This document shows positions 1 to 9,351 of a DNA stretch of 57,450 nt, in pieces (position 1 is the stretch's first letter; the number at the start of each line of letters is the position of its first letter). The notes below the pieces were generated by a model that did not search any database, was not told the origin of the DNA, and saw only the letters and a program-made list of their open reading frames with translations. Position numbers and translations under genes: made by a program. Origin of the DNA: a bacterium (lineage in GTDB: Bacteria > Patescibacteriota > Patescibacteriia > S139-126); contig DAOUWZ010000004.1 in the NCBI GenBank assembly GCA_030666865.1, positions 1 through 57,450 on the forward strand, in the 5' to 3' direction.

Positions 1-203
1 AAATAGAAATTTATAAAGAATAAGGGAGTAGGATGTATTAATAACGATTAATTAACATTATTAAACTAACTGTGGTGTGACGGCTAATACCCCGTCAGCT
101 TGCTGCGGGGATAATTTATTATCATTAAAAGGTAAAAAATAATTCTTAATTTATAACTTTTACTTTCAATTTTTCATTTTTCATTTTTAACTTATAAAAG
201 TTT

Positions 204-800
204 ATGTCTCATAAAACTCGTAATATAATAATCATCCTCCTAGCCGTAGCAGTAATCACCTTGGTAGTTTGGTATTTTGTTGCTAAACAAAAAGATAACC
301 AGCCAGTAATAGTAGAAGAGCCTATGGCTAAAACCAGCCAGCAAGTAAAAAAAGATAAGACAGAAAATCAAATTGTTGATAATTTGGAAAAGAAAGTTGC
401 TGGGAAAAGCCAAGAAGAAATTTCCCTGGAAGCTAAAATTTTGGGAAGCGCTAGATTTTTTATAGAGAGATATGGCAGTTTTTCCAGTCAGGCAGATTGG
501 CAAAATCTCAAAGATTTAGAACCGTTTGTTACTGATAGTATGTATCAAGGATTTGAGAATGTTATGAATCGAGCGCAAACTGGAGAAAAATATTATAGTT
601 TAAGTACCAAAGTTTTGTCAGCTAAAATAAATGATTTTGCAGATGGTGAAGCTTGGGTTTTGGCTAATACCCAAAAACAGGAGAATAACAACGGACAAGA
701 GAGTGTTTTTTATCAGGAAATAGAAGTTAAATTAATATCAGTTGGTGATGATTGGTTGGTTGATGATGTAGAAATTGGAGTAAAAAAAGAAAATAAATAA
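204..800 (+). CDS. Membrane-anchored hypothetical protein
   Basis: 198-aa ORF with an N-terminal TM helix (IIIILLAVAVITLVVWYFV) followed by a soluble domain. No family motif recognised. Confidence 0.5.
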   Translation: MSHKTRNIIIILLAVAVITLVVWYFVAKQKDNQPVIVEEPMAKTSQQVKKDKTENQIVDNLEKKVAGKSQEEISLEAKILGSARFFIERYGSFSSQADWQNLKDLEPFVTDSMYQGFENVMNRAQTGEKYYSLSTKVLSAKINDFADGEAWVLANTQKQENNNGQESVFYQEIEVKLISVGDDWLVDDVEIGVKKENK

Positions 801-834
801 ATTTTATTTATTTAATTAAGCATTAAAAGAATGA

Positions 835-2253
835 ATGGATAATTTTTTTAAAAAAATCATATTTATCAATTTAGGATTATTTTTATTATTTTTATTATTT
901 ATTCCTTTTGTTTCAAATGCAGCAGATAAAATGACGGCAGGTGAATTTAGAAAAATATGTTGGACTGAAGAAGAATGTATGAAGGATAGCAAGGGGAATA
1001 AGACTCTTGGCGAAATAGATAAAGATGGATGTAATAGCAGGTATTGTTGGGAGCAAGGTAAAGGTGGTTGTGAAGACGATTTTGGTGTATGTTATGTCAA
1101 GCCAAGCGCCATTAACTTACAGGTTCCTATACCAGGGGATCCTGGTTCAGAAGGAGGTAAGAGTATTAATACTTTAGGTGATAATGTTGGAAATCTTAAA
1201 GAAACTAGAGATGTAACAGGTTTTCCTGCTTATTTGAAAGTGTTATATCGTTATTTTATCAGCATAATCGGGATAGTAGCGGTAATGATGATAGCTTATG
1301 GCGGGTATGAGTGGATTATGGCTGCTGGTAGCGCTGAGAAGATATCTAAAGCCAAAAATACTATTCAAGGAGCAATGATTGGTTTATTGCTCGGGATAGG
1401 ATCTTATGCAATTTTGAATTTAATTAATGACAGTTTAGTAAATATAAAAAATTTAAAAGTTGAAAGAATTAAGCCAATGGTTTTGGCAACTGAATGTAAT
1501 GATAAAGTCTTTTCAGGAGTTAAAGATTGGGTATTGGAATCAGCTCCTAGTAATAATACTGAAGGCAAGCAGCGTTGTGGTGATAATTATATTTCAAAAA
1601 GTGATAATTCAATGGCTTGTAAAGGTATGGATTGTTCATACAGTGGTTCCCCAGGTAAATATTGTATTAAGGAAAATATTGGATGGAAGTGTGTAAGTGC
1701 AGAAGAAATGGAAAAAGATTGTAATGATATAGAGGAAGTATATAATTATCCAGGATTATGTGAAGAAAAAGATAAAGAATGGGCGGAAAAATATCCAGAA
1801 CTTCCGCGTACTTGTAAATTAAAATATGATTGGGGAAATACACAGGTTAACAATTATATTAGTTGGCAAATTACTGCGGGATCAGCTAATTTTTTGTACA
1901 ATTGGATATCAGGGCAAAGTCAAGATAGTATGTCTTGTGTAGCTTATACATTAGTTAAAAAACCAAATTTGACAAAGCGAGTATATTGTCAGGGACACGC
2001 TCCATCATGCTGGAGTAAAGAAGGAAAATATGGATATCATGGATGTAGTAATCCGCCAATTAGAGTAGGTAAAGATTATAATTCAATGTGTGTAAAAACG
2101 GAACTTTGTGTTCCAGAAAGCGAAACACACAAATGTTCATCATATGGGATGAGAGATGGTTGTGAAAAAAGTTTTGAGCCTGATTATTGTAATTGGTTTT
2201 ACAAAGGAAATGAATTAGATAAAGTATTTAGATTATATGGATTAACTAAGTAA
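835..2253 (+). CDS. Secreted Cys-rich protein with a T4SS-pilin-like (TrbC/VirB2-type) two-helix membrane hairpin
   Basis: Signal peptide (LFLLFLLFIPFVSNAADK). Hairpin IVAVMMIAYGGYEWIMAAGSAEKISKAKNTIQGAMIGLLLGIGSYAIL resembles CPR T4SS_pilin proteins. The N- and C-terminal flanking domains are very Cys-rich. Confidence 0.6.
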   Translation: MDNFFKKIIFINLGLFLLFLLFIPFVSNAADKMTAGEFRKICWTEEECMKDSKGNKTLGEIDKDGCNSRYCWEQGKGGCEDDFGVCYVKPSAINLQVPIPGDPGSEGGKSINTLGDNVGNLKETRDVTGFPAYLKVLYRYFISIIGIVAVMMIAYGGYEWIMAAGSAEKISKAKNTIQGAMIGLLLGIGSYAILNLINDSLVNIKNLKVERIKPMVLATECNDKVFSGVKDWVLESAPSNNTEGKQRCGDNYISKSDNSMACKGMDCSYSGSPGKYCIKENIGWKCVSAEEMEKDCNDIEEVYNYPGLCEEKDKEWAEKYPELPRTCKLKYDWGNTQVNNYISWQITAGSANFLYNWISGQSQDSMSCVAYTLVKKPNLTKRVYCQGHAPSCWSKEGKYGYHGCSNPPIRVGKDYNSMCVKTELCVPESETHKCSSYGMRDGCEKSFEPDYCNWFYKGNELDKVFRLYGLTK

Positions 2254-2283
2254 TTAGTATTTATATTATATTGAAGCTAATTT

Positions 2284-3540
2284 ATGGATAAAAAGAAATT
2301 AATACAAATATTGGGGTTTATACTTATAGTGCTGGTTTTGGCGTGGCTAATGTGGATTATGTTTTGGCAGCCGCAGGATAAGCCATATATTCCCGGCGAG
2401 CAGCCCGGGATTGATGGTCGGTTGCCAAGTATTGGCGAGGGTACTATTCCAGGAGTAGTTGATGATGGAAAAGTGGATTTGCCGGATATTGATACGGAAA
2501 TAATTGAAAAAATAAGTGATTTAAGTCCCAAAGAAAGACAGCAAGTTTCTGATATTGCTGATGGCGGACTTACTAGAGTAAAAAGATTGACTGATAACAG
2601 AATTATGGATATTAGCGGTGGAGAAAATTTTAATTATTACGATACCAATGATAATAAATTTTATCATTTGACTGCTGATGGCGAAATACAAAGTTTAAGT
2701 GATAAAAATTTTTATAATGTTGAAAAGGTAAATTGGGCAGATAGCGGCAATAAAGCAATTATGGAATATCCGGACGGATCAAATATATTGTATGATTTTA
2801 ATACTGGCAAACAAAACACCCTACCAAAACAAATGAGCGAATTTGATTTTTCCGATAATGAAAATCAAATTGCTTTTAAGTGGTTGTCTGATTTTGATTT
2901 CGAAGAGGATAATTGGCTTGGTATTTCTAGTCCTGATGGTAGTAGTGTCAATTTTATTGAACCAATGGGTAATAATCATAGTGATGTGCAAGTTGAATGG
3001 TCGCCAAACAGTCAGATGGTAGCTACTTTTCGGGAAGTTCAGGGTTTTGGCGAACAACATATATATTTTGTCGGATTGCATGGTGAAAATTTTAAATATC
3101 TTCGGGTACCGGGAACGCAATTTACTGGCAAGTGGATGCCGGATGGCAAGCAAATTTTATATGATGTTCATTCAGATAGAAATGGATTTCGTCCGTCTTT
3201 ATGGATAACTCGGGCTGATGGAGAAAATATCGGAGTTGGCAATACACCGCTTGGCTTGGAAACATGGGTAGAAAAATGTACTACTAGCGGAAATTCGCTT
3301 TATTGCGCTGTACCAGAAGAATTGCCGGAAGGAGCTGGTTATGTGCCAGAAGTAGCTGATAATATTTCAGATTTAATTTATAAAATTGATTTAGAAACCG
3401 GGGCAAAAAAATTATTAGCTAAGCCAGTAGGAAATTATGGTGGTTATACTGTAGATCAAATAGTAGTTTCTGATGATGGAAGTATATTATATTTTGTTGA
3501 TAAAGCAACTGGCGCTTTGCATTCAATTAAACTTAAATGA
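2284..3540 (+). CDS. Membrane-anchored TolB-like PD40/WD40-like beta-propeller protein
   Basis: N-terminal TM helix (ILGFILIVLVLAWLMWIMFW). Recurrent PD40-like strands (YPDGSNILY, SSPDGSS, WSPNSQMVA, WMPDGKQILY). Confidence 0.55.
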   Translation: MDKKKLIQILGFILIVLVLAWLMWIMFWQPQDKPYIPGEQPGIDGRLPSIGEGTIPGVVDDGKVDLPDIDTEIIEKISDLSPKERQQVSDIADGGLTRVKRLTDNRIMDISGGENFNYYDTNDNKFYHLTADGEIQSLSDKNFYNVEKVNWADSGNKAIMEYPDGSNILYDFNTGKQNTLPKQMSEFDFSDNENQIAFKWLSDFDFEEDNWLGISSPDGSSVNFIEPMGNNHSDVQVEWSPNSQMVATFREVQGFGEQHIYFVGLHGENFKYLRVPGTQFTGKWMPDGKQILYDVHSDRNGFRPSLWITRADGENIGVGNTPLGLETWVEKCTTSGNSLYCAVPEELPEGAGYVPEVADNISDLIYKIDLETGAKKLLAKPVGNYGGYTVDQIVVSDDGSILYFVDKATGALHSIKLK

Positions 3541-3582
3541 TTAAGTTCCTCTGATAAGTATGGTTGGGGCTATTTGTTGACT

Positions 3583-3610
3583 TTGACAAAAGTTTTAAAT
3601 GTATTATAAT
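3583..3610 (+). promoter_or_regulatory. Sigma70-type promoter candidate (TTGACA-N16-TATAAT)
   Basis: TTGACA at 3583-3588 and TATAAT at 3605-3610, about 90 nt upstream of the 3698 CDS. Confidence 0.5.
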
Positions 3611-3697
3611 GTATTCGAAAGTATCATTAATAATATATTTGAATTAAATAGTTGTTTTTAGAGTAATTAAAGTGTTACTTACAGAAGGAGTTTAGTC

Positions 3698-4459
3698 ATG
3701 AAGTTATTTAATTTTTTTGTCGCCAGTTTTTTTATTGTAGTTTTATTTTCTTGTGGATCAGAACGCGTTATTGGTCCAGATGAATTACAAGAACGGGGTA
3801 AAAAAGTTTTCGTTGTCAATGACGAACAACCATTTACCGGTGTGGTAAAAACAGAATTTAAAGATGGAAAGACAGCAACCGAAATCCATTATGTTGATGG
3901 GGAAAAGAATGGTTTGTACTTGAAGTATTATCCAAATGGTCAAAAGCAGTTACAAGCAAATCATGACAACAATGTTTTGTCAGGTTCTGCCGTTGAGTGG
4001 TATAAAAATGGTCAAAAAAAAGCTGAAGGTAATTATACTGCTTGGAAAAAACATGGTTTCTGGAAAGAATATGAGTATTATGATGGAAGATGGGAACAAG
4101 GCGATTATGTATCCGGAGTCAAGCAAGGTATTTGGAGTTTGTGGAAGAACGAAAATTATAAATATTCGGAAGTGAATTATAAAAGTGGTCAAAAGCAAAG
4201 TTATATTGTGTATTTTACTCCCGAAGGAAAAAAATGGTATCAAATTTCTTTTAAACGTGGCAAGGAAAATGGTTTTAGGACTATTTGGCGAAGTGATGGC
4301 AGCATCCAAATGAAAACTTATATTTGTAATGATATTAGAACAGGTCCGGATTCAATTTGGTATAAAAGTGGTCAATTACGATGTGCAAGAAATTATGATG
4401 AAAGTGGAAATTTAATTGGTTCGGAGGAATTATACGACGAACAAGGGAATAGAGAATAA
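3698..4459 (+). CDS. MORN-variant repeat lipoprotein (YwqK-like)
   Basis: Lipobox-like LFSCGS. Repeated G-x-(W/Y)-x-x-Y-x-NGQ-K units. Classic SD GAAGGAG lies 8 nt upstream. Confidence 0.6.
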   Translation: MKLFNFFVASFFIVVLFSCGSERVIGPDELQERGKKVFVVNDEQPFTGVVKTEFKDGKTATEIHYVDGEKNGLYLKYYPNGQKQLQANHDNNVLSGSAVEWYKNGQKKAEGNYTAWKKHGFWKEYEYYDGRWEQGDYVSGVKQGIWSLWKNENYKYSEVNYKSGQKQSYIVYFTPEGKKWYQISFKRGKENGFRTIWRSDGSIQMKTYICNDIRTGPDSIWYKSGQLRCARNYDESGNLIGSEELYDEQGNRE

Positions 4460-4533
4460 TAATTTAATTCAATTTCATCGCACATTTAATAAGAATCGTT
4501 TATGATTTTGGAAATTATAATTTATGACTCTTG

Positions 4534-4576
4534 AAGGGTTTACTCAATAAAGGAAATAATGAGTAAACCCTTTTTT
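4534..4576 (+). terminator. Intrinsic terminator
   Basis: 13-bp stem AAGGGTTTACTCA/TGAGTAAACCCTT followed by a T-run, downstream of the 3698-4459 CDS. Confidence 0.7.
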
Positions 4577-4789
4577 ACTTTATTTTATCATTTTTGCGTG
4601 CCTGTGCAGATAAATGAAAGCAGAAATTTTTACTTGTGGCAGACGGGCAGAAAAAATCTGAATAAGATTTTATAGCTTTGGAATAGAAATTAAATGCTGA
4701 ATAAGTTAAATATTTTCTTATTAAAATTTAAAATTATACACAAACTGAATAAAAATGTTATAATAACATAAAAGAATAAATAAGAATAT

Positions 4790-5533
4790 ATGCCAATAAT
4801 TAAAAAAGAAATCAAAGCAAAATTAGATCTAAATACATTTTTATATATAGCAATTGGTTTGCTATTTATTTCAATAATTATTTTTGTCGTTACCATCAGC
4901 TCAAAACAATTATTTTTAACACCAACTGATAATCTAAAGCAAAAGGCAGAGCAATTAGCTGCTGGAGCGCAAGTCCCATATAGTGATCCTTTAATTATTA
5001 GCACAAAACTAGAATACCCTAAAGTATTATCAAACGATCCAGTACTGGGAAAGGTCAATGCCAAAGTGACTATTTTTGAATATTCTGATTTTTTGTGCGA
5101 ACCCTGCCGGGAGCAGAGTGAAATATTGAAAAAAGTTTTGCAAAAATATTCATCCGACGAAGTTCGTTTAGTTTGGAAAGGTACTGCTCAAAATGCTCAA
5201 GGTTTTTTAGCCGAGCAAGCCGGATATTGCGCGGCAGATCAGGGAAAATTTTGGGAATGGCATGATAATATTTTTGCTGATCAAAATAATGTGAATATGT
5301 TGTATTATTTTGATTTAGCAACTAAGTTTGGACTTAATGTGGATATGTTTGAGAATTGTTTAAGTTCAGATGCGGTTCATCAGAAAGTTTTATTGGTAAA
5401 TGGCGAGGCGATTAATCTTGGGATAGACGCTTTGCCTTATTTTTATATTGATAATACCCCTTATTATGGTGTGCTTAGCGAAGATGATTTGAGTGTTATT
5501 ATTGATTCAGTCATTTCGTCTTTTAATGAATAA
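4790..5533 (+). CDS. DsbA-family thiol:disulfide oxidoreductase, membrane-anchored
   Basis: N-terminal TM helix. Thioredoxin-fold CxxC motif in FEYSDFLCEPC. DsbA-like C-terminal region. Confidence 0.75.
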   Translation: MPIIKKEIKAKLDLNTFLYIAIGLLFISIIIFVVTISSKQLFLTPTDNLKQKAEQLAAGAQVPYSDPLIISTKLEYPKVLSNDPVLGKVNAKVTIFEYSDFLCEPCREQSEILKKVLQKYSSDEVRLVWKGTAQNAQGFLAEQAGYCAADQGKFWEWHDNIFADQNNVNMLYYFDLATKFGLNVDMFENCLSSDAVHQKVLLVNGEAINLGIDALPYFYIDNTPYYGVLSEDDLSVIIDSVISSFNE

Positions 5534-5541
5534 TTGTAATT

Positions 5542-6786
5542 ATGAAATTTAATTTTAAAATAATAATACTAAGCCAATTAGTATTATTTAGTGCTTTATT
5601 TTTTTATATTGGGAATATTGAAGCAGCAACAACCTGTGAATCTTTGGGTGAAGGCTGGGAAGATGGTCCGTTATGCAATACGACTTGTGGTGATTTTAAT
5701 GATGAGTATGCTATTTCTTGCTACTGTGCTTTAAAATCTGGGCCAGACAAATGTTGTATGAAATATTTGGGCCAGTTGGGCGATTATGAATACGCGTGCA
5801 TAGATAATGAAGGAAATACTTTTATGTCTTCTGATAGAACTAGAGTAGAATTGGATTTTTCTTCTCCAGATCCAGATGTTATTTTTAAACCCTCAGTAAC
5901 TATTCCTGGCAGTATAAAAATTGGTGATAAAAATTTTACTTTAAAAAAAGGTGAAGGTATAAAAGTTGACGGTTTATTGATAGCTAAATATTTAGGCATT
6001 TTATTTAGATGGTTGGTTAGCGTAGTTGGAATTGTAGCTGTGTTATTTATTGCTTTTGCCGGATTACAATGGATTTCAGCTGCCGGAAACGCAGAGGTGA
6101 TAAATAAAGCTAAAAAAACTATGAAAGATTCATTGATTGGAGTTTTATTAGCCGTGGCTTCATATGCAATGCTTTATAATATAAATCCTAGTTTGGTTAA
6201 TTTTGGTAGTTTATCAGTTCCTAAAATTATACCGTTGCCTTTAGAAATAGTTGGCGATACAGCCATGTCTTTTACACCAAATTGTACGCCCCCAGCAAGT
6301 AAATTGACTGGTAATGAAGCTTTCACAGCCGCTCAATCGCAAGCAAGTGAACTAACTGGCAAAACAAGCTATATTTTAGGAGCTAAGGCTGGTTCGCCTT
6401 GCTATAATCATTCCAATGTGGATTTTTGTTTGGATTGTTCAGGATTTATCAGTTATATTTATTATTGTGGCGCTAGTCAAAAGGTGCCAGCAGGGACAGC
6501 TAATTTATTCAGCGATTCAGGGCAGCTAATTTATTTAAATAATAGGAGTGATCTTCAACCTGGTGATATTTTAGGATGGAAAGCCGGCGATGGGGGTAAA
6601 GAATTTGGGCATGTAGGTTTTTATGATGGTAGTTCAGTTATTCATACTGCTGGTCCGTCAGTAGAGAAATCGTCTGATTATGAAAATAGAGCTATTAGAG
6701 TAGAGTCGTTAGATGATTTTTTAGCTAAGTATGAAGAGGATAATGACATCCCTATTACTTATGCTAGATTTAAATTTATGGAGTAG
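5542..6786 (+). CDS. T4SS-pilin-like membrane hairpin fused to a C-terminal NlpC/P60 cysteine peptidase domain
   Basis: Signal peptide and a Cys-rich N-domain. Hairpin IVAVLFIAFAGLQWISAAGNAEVINKAKKTMKDSLIGVLLAVASYAML is paralogous to the one in 835-2253. NlpC/P60 signature: CLDCSGFISYIY ... GDILGW ... GHVGFYDG. Confidence 0.65.
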   Translation: MKFNFKIIILSQLVLFSALFFYIGNIEAATTCESLGEGWEDGPLCNTTCGDFNDEYAISCYCALKSGPDKCCMKYLGQLGDYEYACIDNEGNTFMSSDRTRVELDFSSPDPDVIFKPSVTIPGSIKIGDKNFTLKKGEGIKVDGLLIAKYLGILFRWLVSVVGIVAVLFIAFAGLQWISAAGNAEVINKAKKTMKDSLIGVLLAVASYAMLYNINPSLVNFGSLSVPKIIPLPLEIVGDTAMSFTPNCTPPASKLTGNEAFTAAQSQASELTGKTSYILGAKAGSPCYNHSNVDFCLDCSGFISYIYYCGASQKVPAGTANLFSDSGQLIYLNNRSDLQPGDILGWKAGDGGKEFGHVGFYDGSSVIHTAGPSVEKSSDYENRAIRVESLDDFLAKYEEDNDIPITYARFKFME

Positions 6787-6904
6787 CTGAAATAAATCTA
6801 AAAATGGTGAATAAAATTTATGAGCACAATAACAGTGTATAAAAATTTTATTTTAGTAAAAATAAAAGCTACGGGATATATACAAATTATTATTAGTTTA
6901 GCAA

Positions 6905-8257
6905 ATGAGTATAAATACAATTTTTGAGTGTTCAAAATGTGGTGCGCAAACTCCGGCTTGGGAGGGTCGATGTCGGGAGTGTGGCGCTTGGAGTACATTG
7001 CAAGAGGTTGGTGTGAAAAAAAATAACACTAGCAAAGGCGCTGAAACTCCTCTAAATGATAAGGAAATTTTAAATTTAAGTGAGATTGAAAGTGAAAAAA
7101 TACCTCGAGTAGTTTTGGGGGAGGTAGAGATAGATCGGGTGCTTGGTGGTGGGATTGTGCCTGGTTCTTTGATACTGCTTGGCGGTGATCCAGGAATAGG
7201 GAAATCAACTTTAGTTCTACATATTGCTGATTTATTAAATAAACAGCAAAAACAATTATTTTATATTTCTGGAGAAGAATCAGCTGGACAAATCAAAATG
7301 CGAGTTGACCGACTAGGACTAAATTTGAATCAAACAAAATTTATCAATCAAACTGAAACTGGGTTAATATGTGCAACTCTTGCCAAACATAAACCTAATG
7401 TAGTGATAATTGATTCTATTCAGACTATGTCTAGCGATGAAATAGCTGGTGAGATTGGCAGTGTATCACAAGTTCGAGCGGCAGCAGGCAGGTTTTTAGA
7501 AACAGCTAAACAAAATAATATTACTATTATCATAATTGGTCATGTCACTAAGGATGGGCAAGTGGCTGGTCCAAAAATGCTTGAACATTTGGTAGATACG
7601 GTTTTGTATTTGGAAGGTGAAAAAATAAATTCTTTTAGAATTTTAAGATCAGTAAAAAATAGATTTGGTTCAACTGGCGAAGTAGGTATTTTCCAGATGA
7701 ATGTTAAAGGGTTGATACCAGCAAAAAATGCCGCTGGAATATTTGTATCAGCCATTGACAAAGTGTCGCCAGGAATGGTTTTTTCTATCATTTGGGAAGG
7801 TTCTAGAGCTTTTGTAGTAGAATTACAAGTTTTGGCTAGTAAGACAGTTTTTGGCTATCCCAAAAGAACAGCGACTGGGTTTGATTTAAATCGGTTGCAA
7901 ATGTTATTGGCTGTACTGCAACAGCGCGCTGGAATAGTTTATTCTACTGATGATGTTTATGTCAATTTAGCAGGTGGTTTACAGGCTAAAGATTCTGGAC
8001 TTGATTTAGCTTTTTGTTTGGCAGCGCTATCTGCTAAAAAAAATAAGCCAATAGCAAAAGATACGGTTGTTTTTGGTGAGGTAAGCTTAACTGGGCAGAT
8101 TAAACCGGTTAATAATATGGATAAACGTATCAAAGAGGCTTTGCAACTTGGATATAAAAATTTAATTATTCCTCAAACTAAAAAGAAATTAACTAGCCAA
8201 AAAGCCAATATAGTCCAAGTTAGTGATATTAAGGAAATGGTGGATATTATCAAATAA
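6905..8257 (+). CDS. radA: DNA repair protein RadA/Sms
   Basis: N-terminal zinc finger (CSKCGAQTPAWEGRCRECGAW), Walker A (GGDPGIGKST), KNRFG motif and a Lon-like C-terminal domain. Confidence 0.95.
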   Translation: MSINTIFECSKCGAQTPAWEGRCRECGAWSTLQEVGVKKNNTSKGAETPLNDKEILNLSEIESEKIPRVVLGEVEIDRVLGGGIVPGSLILLGGDPGIGKSTLVLHIADLLNKQQKQLFYISGEESAGQIKMRVDRLGLNLNQTKFINQTETGLICATLAKHKPNVVIIDSIQTMSSDEIAGEIGSVSQVRAAAGRFLETAKQNNITIIIIGHVTKDGQVAGPKMLEHLVDTVLYLEGEKINSFRILRSVKNRFGSTGEVGIFQMNVKGLIPAKNAAGIFVSAIDKVSPGMVFSIIWEGSRAFVVELQVLASKTVFGYPKRTATGFDLNRLQMLLAVLQQRAGIVYSTDDVYVNLAGGLQAKDSGLDLAFCLAALSAKKNKPIAKDTVVFGEVSLTGQIKPVNNMDKRIKEALQLGYKNLIIPQTKKKLTSQKANIVQVSDIKEMVDIIK

Positions 8258-8274
8258 TAATAAATTTACTAAAA

Positions 8275-8931
8275 ATGAGGAGGGAGATTTTTTATCAAGG
8301 AGGGTTTTATCATATTTATAACCGCGGCGTTGATAAGCGGACAGTTTTTTGTGATGATAAAGATTATGAGAGATTTTTGTTGGGGTTAAATGTGTTTAAT
8401 CAAGTTGAATCGGTGGGTAATTTACGCGATTATATGAGGTTTCAGACATCCGATGTCCGGAGCTCCGGACATCGGATGTCTGAAAGAAAGCAACTAGTTG
8501 AGATAATCGTTTATTGTTTACTACCAAATCATTTTCATTTTATTTTGAAACAAATAGAGAAAGATGGGGTAAGTAAATTTATGCAAAAATTATCGAATGG
8601 TTATACTAAATATTTCAACACTAAATACCACCGTTCAGGAGTATTATTCCAAGGGAAATACAAAGTCAAGCATATTGATTCAGATGAATATTTACTTTGG
8701 CTATCTGCTTATATCAACGCCAATGCCGAAATACATAAAATAAAACCAGCTAATAAACATTGCTGGTCAAGCTACAGTAATTATGTTTTTGGTAAATCTG
8801 ATTTAGTGCCAGTGAATACCAGAATAGTGATGAGTAATTTTAGTAGTGGGGAAAATTATCAGAATTATTTGGATAAGATTATTCCGGTGTGGCAGGAACG
8901 AAAAGAGATAAAAGAATATATTATTGAATAA
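8275..8931 (+). CDS. IS200/IS605-type Y1 HUH transposase-like protein (REP-associated tyrosine transposase, RAYT-like)
   Basis: YHIYNRG N-terminal strand, HUH motif LLPNHFHFIL, GYTKYFN..RSG.LFQGKYK, and a catalytic-Tyr helix YINANAEIH. Single-copy gene without IS ends. Confidence 0.75.
   Translation: MRREIFYQGGFYHIYNRGVDKRTVFCDDKDYERFLLGLNVFNQVESVGNLRDYMRFQTSDVRSSGHRMSERKQLVEIIVYCLLPNHFHFILKQIEKDGVSKFMQKLSNGYTKYFNTKYHRSGVLFQGKYKVKHIDSDEYLLWLSAYINANAEIHKIKPANKHCWSSYSNYVFGKSDLVPVNTRIVMSNFSSGENYQNYLDKIIPVWQERKEIKEYIIE
8440..8485. repeat. P2-family perfect palindrome (46 bp) lying in frame inside the RAYT-like CDS
   Basis: TTTCAGACATCCGATGTCCGGAG|CTCCGGACATCGGATGTCTGAAA encodes FQTSDVRSSGHRMSE. 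Its 40-bp core is identical to the one at 20206-20245. Confidence 0.9.
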
Positions 8932-8942
8932 TTCATGTTCAG

Positions 8943-8963
8943 GTGAGCGGTCCGACCGCTCAC
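8943..8963. repeat. GC-rich hairpin between convergent genes
   Basis: GTGAGCGGT-ccg-ACCGCTCAC. No clear T-run on either strand. Confidence 0.5.
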
Positions 8964-8967
8964 TAGC

Positions 8968-9288
8968 TTATAAAGCAGTTATAATTTTTTTGAAATCTTT
9001 CAGGTCTTCCAGAGAGATTTCATTTTTTTTCCAAAGTTTATGACCTTTCATTCTCATTAAGTATTTGGTTCGGGATGAAAATTTTCCACCAGCCGGGATG
9101 TATTTGGCATGAGTAGAAATAATTTTTTCAAATTTGGCTAAATCACTGCTGGATAAATTAGCAGTAGATGAGCCACCTCGGATTTTGGCTTTAATTAACA
9201 GGTCGTGCAAAGATTCCGGACCATAGCTTTTGTTGAAACTAGAGCCGGTTTTTATTTTGCCGCCTAGCATTCTTTTAAAAATTCCCAT
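8968..9288 (-). CDS. Hypothetical basic protein
   Basis: 106-aa ORF convergent with the RAYT-like gene. No family motif recognised. Confidence 0.4.
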   Translation of the reverse strand: MGIFKRMLGGKIKTGSSFNKSYGPESLHDLLIKAKIRGGSSTANLSSSDLAKFEKIISTHAKYIPAGGKFSSRTKYLMRMKGHKLWKKNEISLEDLKDFKKIITAL

Positions 9289-9351
9289 GAATTAGTATTA
9301 AGTATAAGGTGTCTTGTGTTAAGTATAAAATATATTGATTAATTATTCAAA

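Noticed and set aside
4690-5064. 124-aa minus-strand ORF overlapping the dsbA-like start. Track ORFs 6798..6998 (-) and 47600..47860 (-) are similar cases.
   Set aside because: They are hydrophobic, low-complexity translations of AT-rich intergenic or promoter DNA that overlap better-supported genes.
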